Both the position numbers and the translations under genes were made by a program. From positions 1 to 27,454 of the IMG/VR virus record IMGVR_UViG_3300044911_002392: a stretch of 27,454 bases of DNA. One strand, given 5' to 3'. This stretch comes from a virus (lineage: Duplodnaviria > Caudoviricetes). Shown here one piece after another: positions 15,735 through 25,716 of the stretch (position 1 is its first letter; each line of letters begins with the position of its first letter). Below the pieces are notes generated by a model. The model was not told the origin of the DNA and searched no databases. It saw only the letters and a list, made by a program, of their open reading frames with translations.

Positions 15735-17708
15735 TTACCAAACGGTGACACGCACGCGGCCCGCGCCGCCTGCGCCACTAGTCCCGCCGCCCGTGCCCGA
15801 ACCGCGCCCGCCACCTCCTGCGGGCTGCGTGCCCGCCACGCCCTCAGCGCCGCCCGCTCCGCCGTAGACGCTCGTCCCGGCGGTCACCGTCCCGCCGTCG
15901 TTTCGACTGGCGCCTGCGCCTCCACCGTAGATGGCATTCCGGTATCTGTCGTACACGGCGTGGACACTAGCGCCAACTGTTGATCCGGGCGCGACGCCAC
16001 CGACAAACGGCCCCTGAAAGAAGTCCATGTTGGCAAGCGACACTGCGGTCCAGTCGGTAATTTCGGTGCCAATGCGGTAGTTCGACCCGCCACCGACAGG
16101 CAAACCGCTAGTGCGCCCGCCGCTGCCGCCATAGGCGGTGCAATGCGACCCCAGCGACGAATTGCCGCCCGCGATCCCGTTGGCGGCGGTAGTGCGCGCG
16201 CTACCGCCAGCGCCCACCGTCGCCGTCTCCGTCGCCCCCAAGTCCGACAGCTTCATCAGCACGAACATGTAGCCGCCGCCACCGCCGCCGTTGCGGCCGG
16301 CGGTCGTGCTGTCGTTTGAGCCGCTGCCGCCAGCACCCCAGCATTCCACCAGCGCCATCGAGCCCAGCGCCGGCTTGGTCCACGTCCCCGAGCTGTTGAA
16401 CGTCTGCTGGTCCAACGGCTGCGCCGTCGTCACCCACGACAGGTTGCCACTGCCGTCGTTCGTCAGGCACGTATTGGCCGCGCCTTGCGCGGTCGGCACC
16501 GTGTAGTCCACCGTGTTGAGCCGCAACTGCGCGCGCTCCAACGACACCTTGCTGCCGTTATCCTTGACCGCGCTGTCAGCAAGCTGCGAGCTCGTGCCGC
16601 CGCCCGTGAAGCGGGGCAACGTGTCGGTCGTGCCCGCGCCGCTGACCCCAGACGCCAGCCCCACCACGTCCAATCGAATGTCCCCGGACGTGTTGGTGAC
16701 GGTGATGTTGTTGCCAGCCGTCAACGTCTTCAGCGTGTAGCCGGTCCCGTTGCCAATCGGGAGCTGACCGTTGCTCGGCGCGCTCGTCAGCCCCGTCCCG
16801 CCCTTGCTCACGGGCACCGTTGCGAGGGTCGTGCTGATGCTGGCGCCGCTGCTCAAGTCGGAGGACACGGACCCGCTCACATCGCCCGTCAGCGCAAACG
16901 TGCGCGCGCTCGACAAGGCGGTGGCCGTGCCCGCATTGCCCGTCACGTTGCCCGTCACGTTGCCCGTCAGCGCCCCAATGAAGCGGGTCGTTGCCGTGAT
17001 CTCGTTCCCCGCAAAATTGCCGCTGCCGTTGCGAATCACGGCGGTGTTGGGCGTGTCACTGGCGCTCTGGACGTACTGCGGCTCCGAAGCCTCAACGAGG
17101 ATCACGCCGTTGCTGGCGTGCGCCCGCAGCACATACGCCAGCGCCTGATACAGCCCGCTAGCCGGCTTGCTGGCCGTGAATCCGCCCGTCGTGTTCGGGT
17201 ACAGGAGGTCACCGGCGTTGAAGGCTACCGTGTTGATGTTGCGAATCACGCCGGTGTTCGTGACATAGCCCGTCGCGCCGTTGGCGATGTCGTCGCGAGC
17301 CACGCCCAGTGCCACGTCCGTCGCGCTCGAGACCTTCGCCACCTCCGTGACCCCAAGCCCAACATTGAACCCGGTCGCCTTGACGACATCGCCCTTGACC
17401 AACGTCTGCGTGGCCTTGACCGGGAAGTTGATGTGATCGGCGCCCATCTCGTGCCACGCGGAGCCGTCATCGTACCACCAGCGATACTCGCCCGTGTCCG
17501 TGGTGGCCCAAATGCGCCCCGCTGTCCCGGGCACCGGCCGCGAGCCAATCGCGGACGACTGGACGTGAATCGTCGCGTCCGCGTCGTGCGCGTTGTACTG
17601 CGTGACGGTGGCGTTGTCGTTCAACCGCACCTCGTCCGCGTTGACCGGCGACGTGCCGTTGACCGGAATCGTGAATTGTGCCTGCTGATGCGAGCCGATA
17701 ATCGGCAT
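15735..17708 (-). CDS. Tail fibre protein with glycine-rich C-terminal domain
   Basis: TGNV repeats, VSKGGTG, LTNDGSGNLSW, TFNSSGTWTKP...WGAGGSG...GGAGRVRVTVW. Confidence 0.85.
   Translation of the reverse strand: MPIIGSHQQAQFTIPVNGTSPVNADEVRLNDNATVTQYNAHDADATIHVQSSAIGSRPVPGTAGRIWATTDTGEYRWWYDDGSAWHEMGADHINFPVKATQTLVKGDVVKATGFNVGLGVTEVAKVSSATDVALGVARDDIANGATGYVTNTGVIRNINTVAFNAGDLLYPNTTGGFTASKPASGLYQALAYVLRAHASNGVILVEASEPQYVQSASDTPNTAVIRNGSGNFAGNEITATTRFIGALTGNVTGNVTGNAGTATALSSARTFALTGDVSGSVSSDLSSGASISTTLATVPVSKGGTGLTSAPSNGQLPIGNGTGYTLKTLTAGNNITVTNTSGDIRLDVVGLASGVSGAGTTDTLPRFTGGGTSSQLADSAVKDNGSKVSLERAQLRLNTVDYTVPTAQGAANTCLTNDGSGNLSWVTTAQPLDQQTFNSSGTWTKPALGSMALVECWGAGGSGSNDSTTAGRNGGGGGGYMFVLMKLSDLGATETATVGAGGSARTTAANGIAGGNSSLGSHCTAYGGSGGRTSGLPVGGGSNYRIGTEITDWTAVSLANMDFFQGPFVGGVAPGSTVGASVHAVYDRYRNAIYGGGAGASRNDGGTVTAGTSVYGGAGGAEGVAGTQPAGGGGRGSGTGGGTSGAGGAGRVRVTVW
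16936..16969. repeat. 12-bp tandem repeat TTGCCCGTCACG (about 2.8 copies)
   Basis: Encodes LTGNVTGNVTGN in the fibre shaft. Confidence 0.85.
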
Positions 17709-19231
17709 CAGAACCGTCTCCCGTAAAAGAAGCCCTCAACCTCGGCACGGCTCCACACGCTCTGCGCTTCGCCGCTATCGGTCAGCAACACGTCGATGTA
17801 CGGCCCGTAGCCGTTCACCGGCACCCGTTCCGGCTTCTGCGCCCCCCCGCCCCACGTCCCCGTGCCCCACGTGCCCGTGCCCCATTGCCCGAGCCCCGCG
17901 CCGTTGTTCGGCAACGTCGAGGAGCCGGATCCGTTGTCCGTCAGCCACGTGACCGCACACTGCGACGAAGACTTCTGCCACACCTGCAGATACACCCACT
18001 TGTACGCCTTGAATGTCAGCGAATCGCCCAGCACCATGCGGCGGCAGCGGACAGCCATGCTGAACACGGTGCCGCCCGTGCCGGCCGCCGGCACGTTGTC
18101 GCGAAACACATTCGACGCGTCGCACTCCGTCACGTATCCGCCGGCGTCTCCGCGCAGCACGATGGGCTGCTTCACGTCATCTTCTGCTTCCCACAGCGCC
18201 TTGGTGTTGGGATCCAAGTAGCCCGCCGCGCACGGCCCCGTCCACGCGCTCAACGCATAGTTGTAGCGCAAGACGCCCTTCCCGGGGATGAACCACCACA
18301 CCTCGCGCAGTGCACGGCGGTGCACACCGACCACGTTCTGCGCCGTGGTCAAATTCAGCGACCGCACCAGCGGGTCCAGCTTCAGGCTAATCGGAGCAAC
18401 CTGCGTTTCCGTCGCCACGTAGAACCCGCGATCCGACAGGAAGTAGACGCCCTGCGGCGTCGCGACAATGCTGCGCCCACTGATAGCGCCCACGTCTCCC
18501 GTGACGCCCTGCGCGCCTGCCGCAATGGCGATGTCGTCCTGCGTCAGCCCCGTGAAGCGCGAGATCCCGGACACGTGGAAGATCAGCAGGCTGGCGCCAA
18601 ACGTCGCCAGCCCCGTGATGTTCTGGTCGCTGAAGGTACGGATGATCGCTTCGCCGCCTCCCGACGCCGTCACGCCCAGCGTGTCGCCGTTGTTGATCGC
18701 GCTCCAAAACACCTTCTGGTCCGCGCCCGTGCAGCCAAACAAGCGCTGGTTGTACACGGCGAGCTGCGTGATGCCCGCTGGCGTGTTGACGAGGTTGGTC
18801 GCCAGCGCCGTGCCGTTCCAGCGATTCAGGCTGGTGGCGCTGTCGCCGTCCGCGATGTACACCACTTCTGCCGTCGTCGTGCGGAAGCTGGCGAATGCCG
18901 GCGCGCCGGTCGCATTCAACGCCCCCGACTGACTCGTGAAGGTCGCTGGGATGGCGTAGGTGCCGGTGTACAGCGTCCCGTTGGCGACCGCCAGCAACTG
19001 CTGCGTGCCGTTGTCGCGCAGCCACGCATAGCCGTTTTGCACCCCGCTGGCGTGCAGCGGCGTGTCCGACAGGCGCTGCGTGCCCAAACGCTTCTTGATG
19101 GCGCCGAACTCGTCCAACACCGCCTCGTCCGCGCGTCGCACCTCATCCTCGGCCAACTTGTACTCGTCGGCCGCGAGGTTCAGTCCCCCCCGGAAGTCTG
19201 CTTGCACGTCGCGCACGACCGGCCGTGGCAT
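17708..19231 (-). CDS. Tail nozzle / tubular protein B (P22 gp10, T7 gp12-like position)
   Basis: About 507 aa, beta-rich, starts DFRGGLN...GAIKKRLG; follows the adaptor with stop/start overlap. Confidence 0.75.
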   Translation of the reverse strand: MPRPVVRDVQADFRGGLNLAADEYKLAEDEVRRADEAVLDEFGAIKKRLGTQRLSDTPLHASGVQNGYAWLRDNGTQQLLAVANGTLYTGTYAIPATFTSQSGALNATGAPAFASFRTTTAEVVYIADGDSATSLNRWNGTALATNLVNTPAGITQLAVYNQRLFGCTGADQKVFWSAINNGDTLGVTASGGGEAIIRTFSDQNITGLATFGASLLIFHVSGISRFTGLTQDDIAIAAGAQGVTGDVGAISGRSIVATPQGVYFLSDRGFYVATETQVAPISLKLDPLVRSLNLTTAQNVVGVHRRALREVWWFIPGKGVLRYNYALSAWTGPCAAGYLDPNTKALWEAEDDVKQPIVLRGDAGGYVTECDASNVFRDNVPAAGTGGTVFSMAVRCRRMVLGDSLTFKAYKWVYLQVWQKSSSQCAVTWLTDNGSGSSTLPNNGAGLGQWGTGTWGTGTWGGGAQKPERVPVNGYGPYIDVLLTDSGEAQSVWSRAEVEGFFYGRRF

Positions 19232-19908
19232 TACACGCCACCCCACTCGTACTGGTCGTCCGTGTACCCCATCCGCAGCGGCCGCGTGCTCATCCGGCCC
19301 AGATCCTGATGCATCGACTCGCGGAGCTGCTGCGCGCGCATCGACAGCTCGGCCGACAAGTTCGTCTCGGCCGCGCCCTTCATCAGCATGGAAGCTGCCG
19401 TCTCGTAGGCCAGAATGAGGTCGTACCCGTCGGGGAACACGACCGTGCTGCTATCGCTGACCAGCAGGTCGGCGCGCTGCGGGAAGTGGTTCACCACCAC
19501 CGTGATGGGCGTGCTCTGGACCGGCCCCGGGATGAGCTGGATGGCGTCGCCGTACTCGTACCAGATGTACGGAAGCGACACTGCCGTGGGCGACACCGGG
19601 TAGTCTTCGTACTTGGCCGGCTGGTAGAACTGCTGGTCCAACCGCAGCGACAGCACCCGGAACCACGTCTCGGTGGCGTCGCCGCTGCCGTCGTTCAGCG
19701 CCGTCTTCAGAATCCGGCCGTCCGCGTCCGTGGCCGGCGTGCGCGTGCCCACCCGCAACATCCGGTTGACGGACAACAGCGTGCGCCACTCGCGCCAGTG
19801 CACGTCGCCCAAGAGCTGCCGCTTGAGCGTGGTGCCCCAGCGCGGCGAGCCCACGGCGTCCGCCATCTCGTCCACCAGCGTCATCAGGGTGCCGCGCGGC
19901 ATGCCCAT
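19231..19908 (-). CDS. Head-tail adaptor / tubular protein A
   Basis: Size, position, PYIWYEYGDAIQLIPGP and FPDGYDLILAY motifs. Confidence 0.7.
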   Translation of the reverse strand: MGMPRGTLMTLVDEMADAVGSPRWGTTLKRQLLGDVHWREWRTLLSVNRMLRVGTRTPATDADGRILKTALNDGSGDATETWFRVLSLRLDQQFYQPAKYEDYPVSPTAVSLPYIWYEYGDAIQLIPGPVQSTPITVVVNHFPQRADLLVSDSSTVVFPDGYDLILAYETAASMLMKGAAETNLSAELSMRAQQLRESMHQDLGRMSTRPLRMGYTDDQYEWGGV

Positions 19909-19911
19909 GCG

Positions 19912-20445
19912 TTACACCTCGCTCGTGCGGCGCACGATGCGCTTGCGGCGCGCCACCACCTGCGCGCCTTCCGTCGTTCCCTCCCCAAAGCCGTGCGAGA
20001 TCGGGTGCGCCTCAGCCACGCCGAGCTGCACCTCGTACTCGTGCTTCGAGGTCGTGGCCGTCTTGAGCTCCTGCTCTTCCATGAACCGCTCCATGTGCGC
20101 CGCCTTCACGGCCTTGTTCTCGCGGTCCACTCTTTCCATCTTCGCGGCGGCCTGCTTCGCCGGATCCGTCACCGGCTCGAAGAAGCGCTCCACGAACCCG
20201 ACCGCCTCCTCCGCGCTGCAGTCGGGCGGCAGCATGGCGCGCAGGTCAAACGCCTGCTCCTCGCGAATTTCGCCGGAGTTGACGCGCGCCCAGCGCTCGT
20301 CGCCCTGCTTCCACGTCTCGATGATGCCCCAGTACGGGCCGGAGGCAGACGGCACCCACTTCACCGACAGGCGCTCGTCAATCTCGCGCAGGCGGCGCAC
20401 GGCCTCCTGTGGGGGAACCGGCTCGCCTCGAGGGGTGATCAGCAT
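19912..20445 (-). CDS. Hypothetical protein (177 aa)
   Basis: AGGA RBS, protein-like composition, fills the gap in the structural operon. Confidence 0.75.
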   Translation of the reverse strand: MLITPRGEPVPPQEAVRRLREIDERLSVKWVPSASGPYWGIIETWKQGDERWARVNSGEIREEQAFDLRAMLPPDCSAEEAVGFVERFFEPVTDPAKQAAAKMERVDRENKAVKAAHMERFMEEQELKTATTSKHEYEVQLGVAEAHPISHGFGEGTTEGAQVVARRKRIVRRTSEV

Positions 20446-20467
20446 GATGTCCTACGGGTTGGAGGTG

Positions 20468-20499
20468 AGGGCGGGTGCGCCGTCTGACGCACCCTCCCT
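20468..20499 (-). terminator. GC hairpin after the decoration gene
   Basis: AGGGCGGGTGCG / CGCACCCTCCCT arms with one mismatch, 3 nt after the stop; no U-tract. Confidence 0.4.
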
Positions 20500-20502
20500 G
20501 TC

Positions 20503-20934
20503 CTAGTAGAGGTACTGCAGCTCGACGGTGACCACGAGGTCGTCGGGCTGCACCGAGACCGCGCCGGTCGTGACCAGCGAAATCTTGACGGTGTCGCCCG
20601 TGTCGAGCAGACGCTGCGCGTCGGTGAGGGTGGTGAGCAGCGATCCGGCCTGCACCGTCTCGGCCGTCTTCGCGTTGATGTCGATGGCCGAACTGAGCGT
20701 GACGTTGCCAGCCGCCGAGGCGTCCCGCTTGACCAGCGTGACCGTGCAGTTGGTCGCGGCGGTCGGATACGTATCGGCCGACACCTGCACCGCGCTGATG
20801 ATGGCCTTGTGGGGCAGTCCGCCGAGGTTGTGGGTCTGCGTACCGGCCGCCAGCGTGCCGGTGTTGATGCGCTGCTGGATGATGACCGGCTGGATCCCGA
20901 AACGCCCGGGGCGTGGCGAGAAGAAGTTCAGCAT
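20503..20934 (-). CDS. Putative capsid decoration/cement protein
   Basis: 143 aa, Thr/Val-rich beta composition, immediately after the major capsid gene. Confidence 0.65.
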   Translation of the reverse strand: MLNFFSPRPGRFGIQPVIIQQRINTGTLAAGTQTHNLGGLPHKAIISAVQVSADTYPTAATNCTVTLVKRDASAAGNVTLSSAIDINAKTAETVQAGSLLTTLTDAQRLLDTGDTVKISLVTTGAVSVQPDDLVVTVELQYLY

Positions 20935-20950
20935 GTAGGCTCTCCGTGCT

Positions 20951-20977
20951 GGGGTGGGGGCTCGTCACCCCCACCCC
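20951..20977 (-). promoter_or_regulatory. Perfect 10-bp hairpin between the capsid and decoration genes
   Basis: GGGGTGGGGG-7 nt-CCCCCACCCC; no U-tract; sits just upstream of a GGAGAG RBS. Confidence 0.5.
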
Positions 20978-20990
20978 GCGCCGTCAGGGT

Positions 20991-22316
20991 TTAGACCACC
21001 GGGGTGTAGCGCTGCGTGTCGGCGTACCCGACGATGGACCCGTGCGCGTTGCGCTGGAAGGTCATCAGGTTGAAGTACACCTTGAAGCTGGTCTGGAAGG
21101 CGTCGCGCCCGTCGATGAAGCGCACCGCCCCCGAGTTCTCGTACTGCACCGGCGACCAGTCGGCCGCGTCCACCCACGCCAGCGACGGCTTGTGGACCAT
21201 GTAGAACGTGCCGGCCGGGTTGTACTCGTCGGCCACCACGGCCATCCCGTGCAGCTTGAGCGCCTTGTACCCGCCGTTGAGCTCCAGCTCCTCGCCGCCG
21301 GTGACGTTGAAGCGCCGCTGCGCGAGGAACGACTCGATGAGCTTCTGCTGCACACCGTAGGTGGTGAGGCACAGGAACTCGTCCGGGCTCGAAAGCGGGC
21401 GCTTGCCGCTGCGCGCGCCGATGGTGGCGCCCAGCTTCCATGCGTCCATCTCGTTCGGGTTGGCCGCGTCGTCGGTGTCGGTGCCCGCCGTGAACCGCAC
21501 GGCGTTCCACCGCTCCTGCCCCGCCGTGCCAGCGTTGATCCCGTGGAGGGTGTTGTACGACCCGCCCCGGTTGGTGATGTTGATGAGCCCGTTCGCGTAC
21601 TGGTTGTACGCATCGTCGTTGGCCGTCGCCGCCACGATGATGTCGGTCCCGGTGGTGCCGCTGATGGCGGCCGACAGCGTCAGGGTGACGTTGTCGCCCG
21701 AGTTCGACACCGCCGTCACGGTCGCCCGCCCGCGCAGCGTGGCGCCGGTCGCGTCACGCACCGCGATCAGCATCCCGGGGTACAGCCACAGCCCGCCCTG
21801 ACCGGCGCCGGAGACGCCGTAGGGGCTGGTCGCCACGATGGTGACCGGCGGGCCGGCCGAGTAGGACGAGACGATGGCGCGGATGCCGAGCCCGTTGCCA
21901 TGCACGTGCTCCTGCATGCCGAGCTGCATGGCGCCGTCGATCTCCTCGGTGATCTTGGCCTTCAGGCTGGTGAAGGCCGCCTGCTTCGACTGCGTGCCCA
22001 GAATGCCGAGGTTGTCGAACTCGCGGGTCACGTAGAAGCGCCGGATGCCGACGTTGCCCTGCACTTCGGTCGTCTCGGAGCTGTTCGGCAGGTAGCCGGC
22101 GTCCGAGGCGCCCCAGTTGACGGGCGGGTTCACCACCACGTCGAAGTACACGTTGCGCCCGCCCCACTTGAGGGAGCGGAGCCCGCCCGGGCCGGCCTTC
22201 TTGATCTGGGCCAGCAGGACGGTGCTGATCGGGAAGAGCTGCTGCCGGATGTCGGCGTACACGTTCTTCAGGTTGCCCTGCAGCTCCGTGTCGGTGATCA
22301 GAATCGGGTTTGCCAC
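20991..22316 (-). CDS. Major capsid protein
   Basis: 441 aa after the scaffold; LKNVY, GNGLGIRA, NGLINI, LHGIN, LNGGYKAL, RNAHGSI motifs; strongly biased codon use. Confidence 0.88.
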   Translation of the reverse strand: MANPILITDTELQGNLKNVYADIRQQLFPISTVLLAQIKKAGPGGLRSLKWGGRNVYFDVVVNPPVNWGASDAGYLPNSSETTEVQGNVGIRRFYVTREFDNLGILGTQSKQAAFTSLKAKITEEIDGAMQLGMQEHVHGNGLGIRAIVSSYSAGPPVTIVATSPYGVSGAGQGGLWLYPGMLIAVRDATGATLRGRATVTAVSNSGDNVTLTLSAAISGTTGTDIIVAATANDDAYNQYANGLINITNRGGSYNTLHGINAGTAGQERWNAVRFTAGTDTDDAANPNEMDAWKLGATIGARSGKRPLSSPDEFLCLTTYGVQQKLIESFLAQRRFNVTGGEELELNGGYKALKLHGMAVVADEYNPAGTFYMVHKPSLAWVDAADWSPVQYENSGAVRFIDGRDAFQTSFKVYFNLMTFQRNAHGSIVGYADTQRYTPVV

Positions 22317-22341
22317 GGGTTACTCCGTCGTATGAGGTCGG

Positions 22342-23424
22342 TCAATCCTGCCACGCGCGCCCGAGGATCATGGCCTTGGCCTCCTCGCGCGTGCGGGCCT
22401 TCTTGGGGGGCGGCGGCGCATCCAATCCCGCGCGGCCGGCCGGCGTGAGCTGCTTGCCCACACTCTGCACGACCTGCTGGGCCTTCTGGCGCTCCGCACG
22501 GATCTGCTGCTCGAGCTCGGCACGACGCTGCGCTGACATCTGCTGCACCTGCGCCGACCGCTGCCGCACCCACTCGCGGAAGGGGCCGTCCAAATACGCC
22601 CGGTACTCCGGAAGGCGATCCGGCGGGATCACACCGTTCCGCATGAGCGGCGCGGTGTCGATGCTGATCCGGCCCATCTTCTCCTCCAGCGACACGTCGG
22701 CGTACTGCGTCAGCAGCTCGTCCTGCACCGGCTTGAGTTCCTGCGCGTAGTACTGCATGAGCACCTGTTGCGTCTGCGCGGCCTGCGAGGCGGCCATCCG
22801 CTGCTGGTACTCCTGCTGCTGCTGCTCTTCCATCCGCCGCAAGCGCTCTTGGGGCGAGTTGAGCGTGTCCCACTCTTCCCGACGGGCCAGATACCGCGTC
22901 TCGTCGGTCAGCATCTCGAGGTTCAGGGCGCGCTGGGCTTCCAGATCGGCCTGCAGCGACTCGTACTGCTGCACCAACTGCGGCACCTGCTCGCGGTACT
23001 GCTGCACCTCCTGACGGAACTGCTGGCCGGCAACGCCGTCGCGGGCCATCCGCACCAACTCGGCGGGAGACTTGAGGTACACCTTCTCCCCCACCTGAAA
23101 CTCCAGCTTCACGTCCGGGGCGGCGGCGTACTTGCCGTCCGTCGTCCGCACCACGATGCGCGTCCCACCGTCTCCGATCACCGCCTCCGGGGGAGGCTCG
23201 CCCGCTTCCGGCTCCGGCGTCTCGGCCGTCTCCGTGCCGCCCTGCTGGGCCGGCGCCGCTGCTGCCGGCTGCTCCGGGGTGGCGTCCCCTCCCTCTTCCT
23301 GCTCGAACTCCGCGTTGATGAGCCGGTCGCGCACCTCGTCGCGGCGGACAATAGCCGGCGCGGATTCGGTGGGCGGCAGGACTTCAGCGACGACGGACTC
23401 CACTGCTGCTGCGGTGTCAGACAT
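22342..23424 (-). CDS. Capsid scaffolding protein
   Basis: Acidic Pro-rich N-terminus, coiled coil, C-terminal KARTREEAKAMIL; lies between portal and capsid genes. Confidence 0.78.
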   Translation of the reverse strand: MSDTAAAVESVVAEVLPPTESAPAIVRRDEVRDRLINAEFEQEEGGDATPEQPAAAAPAQQGGTETAETPEPEAGEPPPEAVIGDGGTRIVVRTTDGKYAAAPDVKLEFQVGEKVYLKSPAELVRMARDGVAGQQFRQEVQQYREQVPQLVQQYESLQADLEAQRALNLEMLTDETRYLARREEWDTLNSPQERLRRMEEQQQQEYQQRMAASQAAQTQQVLMQYYAQELKPVQDELLTQYADVSLEEKMGRISIDTAPLMRNGVIPPDRLPEYRAYLDGPFREWVRQRSAQVQQMSAQRRAELEQQIRAERQKAQQVVQSVGKQLTPAGRAGLDAPPPPKKARTREEAKAMILGRAWQD

Positions 23425-23448
23425 GCGGCCTCTGCATCACTGCGCTCC

Positions 23449-25716
23449 TCACATCACCGGGAGTGCGGTCGGTGCGGCCGCGCTTCCGCCCTGATCCGGC
23501 GGGGCCGCCGGGAGGCCAGACTCGCTGCCGAACGTCGGCGCCATGGATGGCGGCAACGGGGTGGGGGCCGGTACGCCCTGCGGGGCTCCCTGCGGAGCGC
23601 CTCCACCCGGGGGTTCCTGCTGTTGCTGCGGCGCCGCTCCCATCCCGGGCTGGCCGGGGGGAGGGGCGCCCTGCTTCTGCGCGGCCTGATTCGCCAGCGC
23701 CGTCCACCGCTCCTGCGCGGCAGCCCGGACCTCCGGCGACACGTCAGCGGCCAAGATGATGTCGCGGTCCAGCACGTCCTGATGGACCGCCTCGTCGTCC
23801 TGCCACACAATCGCCTCCGGCTCCATCCCCATCCGGATTGCTTCGGACACCCGCTTCGCCTTCGCCTCCTGCACGTCGTACGGCGTCGTCGAGTCGGGCG
23901 CGTACGCGAACGGGCGCAGTCGGCGGTACTCCTTCGGGTCGATGATGCCCTTTTCCAGATCCTGATCCAGCAGGAACAAGCGCATGGTGCGCGGCATGGG
24001 CATGAGCGTCTCCGCGTCCACCTGCACGTCCACCACCTCGTCGAAGTCCACGCTCGAGAACTCGCGCGCCAAGTCGGGGCGGTTGGCCCCCACGACCGCC
24101 AGCACGCGCGGCAGCCGGTAGCCCCACCGCATCCACGCCACCTGACACTCCGCCCACTCCGTCATGGCGTCGGACACGGCGTACACGAATGGGGCGAACG
24201 TGCGCTCAAGCTGCTCGCGGATGGCGATGATAGCCCGACCTGACTGGTCCGAGCTGAACTGGCCGCGCGCATTGTCGTTCCACCCCGAACGGTCCTCCAG
24301 CTTCTTGGTCTCCAGCCGCAGGAGCTCCTTCGCGTCGCCCCCTACGCTGAATCCCTGCAGCGGCTGCAGCGTCTCCGAAATCGGCGCCGCCCCCTTAACC
24401 TCGATCACCGAGTTCTGGCCGCCCACGAACGTCTCGCCCACGATGGCGCCGGTCTTGCTGATGAACTTTCCGCCCGCGTTGGCGCGCACCGACTCGATCC
24501 ACTTGGAGAGGATCATGTTCACGCGCATCTGCGGCGCGATCCACTCGTTCATGCGCGCCGCGCAGTAGAAATCCGGCGAGCTCGAGCCGTCGGTGACGCG
24601 CACCACCGGCACCCGGCCGCACACCAGCCCCGCCGGCTGGAACACCACCTTGTTCCCCACCACGATGAGCTGCAGCCCCTCCGGGAGAGCTTCGCACTTC
24701 TCGCAAAACACCGTCAGCCGGTCCACCGTCCGCTGGTCCTGATACAGCGGCGACTGCGTGAAGCGCAGGTCGTTCGTCTGAAAGACCTGATTGCCCACGA
24801 AGTACTCGTCCGTCTCGTCCGCCACATCCGCGCCGAACTGCCCCACCGCCTGCGACAGCGGCAGCACGTCGCGCAGGATCCAGTAGCTCGGCGCCTGCGT
24901 GGCCGTCGCCTCCGCCGACACGCGCACCTGCTCGATGGTGTAAACCTTCGTCGCCACGTCGCCAATCGGCCGCCGTCCGGAGCCTGCCTCCAGCTCCTCC
25001 CACGGCCCTGCTTCCGTATTCCACCACGTCAGCAGGAAGGCGCACCCGTCCGTCTGGGCGTGGTAGCCCATTTCGCGGATCAGGTTGCGCATTTTCTGGC
25101 GGTGGAACTGGTACTCCACCGCGAGCTGCATGGCCTGCGCCTTGCGCTGCCGGTCAGGATCGGGGTTGACGGGCGAGAAACGGAACCCGGGCCGCTGCTC
25201 GGACAGCACCTGCAGGTGCCAGTCCAGCGCCGGCCCAATCTGGTTGTCCACCGCGCGCACCGCGTCCTTCGGCATGGGCGGCTCGCGCCAGCTCCCCCGG
25301 TTCGCAGTGCTGCTCACCCACTGAATGCCCTTGCGGAACAGCCGGTTGCGGCTGGCGTCGTAGATGGCGTCCTGCACGCCGGCACGGTGCTTCTCCCACC
25401 GCCCCTTCGCCCACGACACCCAATCGTCCTGCCCGGGGTCGCCGTCCATCGCCAGCGGGAAATCGTCGCCGTAGGCCGCACGAAGCGCCGCCTTGCGGCT
25501 CCGCTCCGCCTCCCGCGCCGCCTCCGCGTTCTGCTCTGCCATCTGCTCGGCCTGCCGGCGCAGCGCCTCCGCCTCCGCCTCCGCCGCTGCTGTCGCCTCC
25601 TCCTCGCTGGGCGCCTCGTAGCCGCCCAGCAGGAACGCCTCCGCCCCCAACGGCGCGTCCTCGAACTCGTCCTCGAGCTCGTCGTCCATCAGCGGCAGTC
25701 GGGGCGTCGTCATCAC
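23449..25716 (-). CDS. Portal protein
   Basis: 755 aa upstream of scaffold and capsid; FRKGIQW, DNQIGP, SGRAIIAIREQ motifs and a Pro/Gln-rich tail typical of podovirus-type portals. Confidence 0.85.
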   Translation of the reverse strand: MMTTPRLPLMDDELEDEFEDAPLGAEAFLLGGYEAPSEEEATAAAEAEAEALRRQAEQMAEQNAEAAREAERSRKAALRAAYGDDFPLAMDGDPGQDDWVSWAKGRWEKHRAGVQDAIYDASRNRLFRKGIQWVSSTANRGSWREPPMPKDAVRAVDNQIGPALDWHLQVLSEQRPGFRFSPVNPDPDRQRKAQAMQLAVEYQFHRQKMRNLIREMGYHAQTDGCAFLLTWWNTEAGPWEELEAGSGRRPIGDVATKVYTIEQVRVSAEATATQAPSYWILRDVLPLSQAVGQFGADVADETDEYFVGNQVFQTNDLRFTQSPLYQDQRTVDRLTVFCEKCEALPEGLQLIVVGNKVVFQPAGLVCGRVPVVRVTDGSSSPDFYCAARMNEWIAPQMRVNMILSKWIESVRANAGGKFISKTGAIVGETFVGGQNSVIEVKGAAPISETLQPLQGFSVGGDAKELLRLETKKLEDRSGWNDNARGQFSSDQSGRAIIAIREQLERTFAPFVYAVSDAMTEWAECQVAWMRWGYRLPRVLAVVGANRPDLAREFSSVDFDEVVDVQVDAETLMPMPRTMRLFLLDQDLEKGIIDPKEYRRLRPFAYAPDSTTPYDVQEAKAKRVSEAIRMGMEPEAIVWQDDEAVHQDVLDRDIILAADVSPEVRAAAQERWTALANQAAQKQGAPPPGQPGMGAAPQQQQEPPGGGAPQGAPQGVPAPTPLPPSMAPTFGSESGLPAAPPDQGGSAAAPTALPVM

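Noticed and set aside
15735-17708. Diversity-generating retroelement targeting the fibre
   Set aside because: No reverse transcriptase and no template/variable repeat pair seen in the window.
20935-20993. Capsid-decoration fusion by readthrough or frameshift
   Set aside because: The 56-nt gap puts the genes out of frame and I see no slippery heptamer before the TAA.
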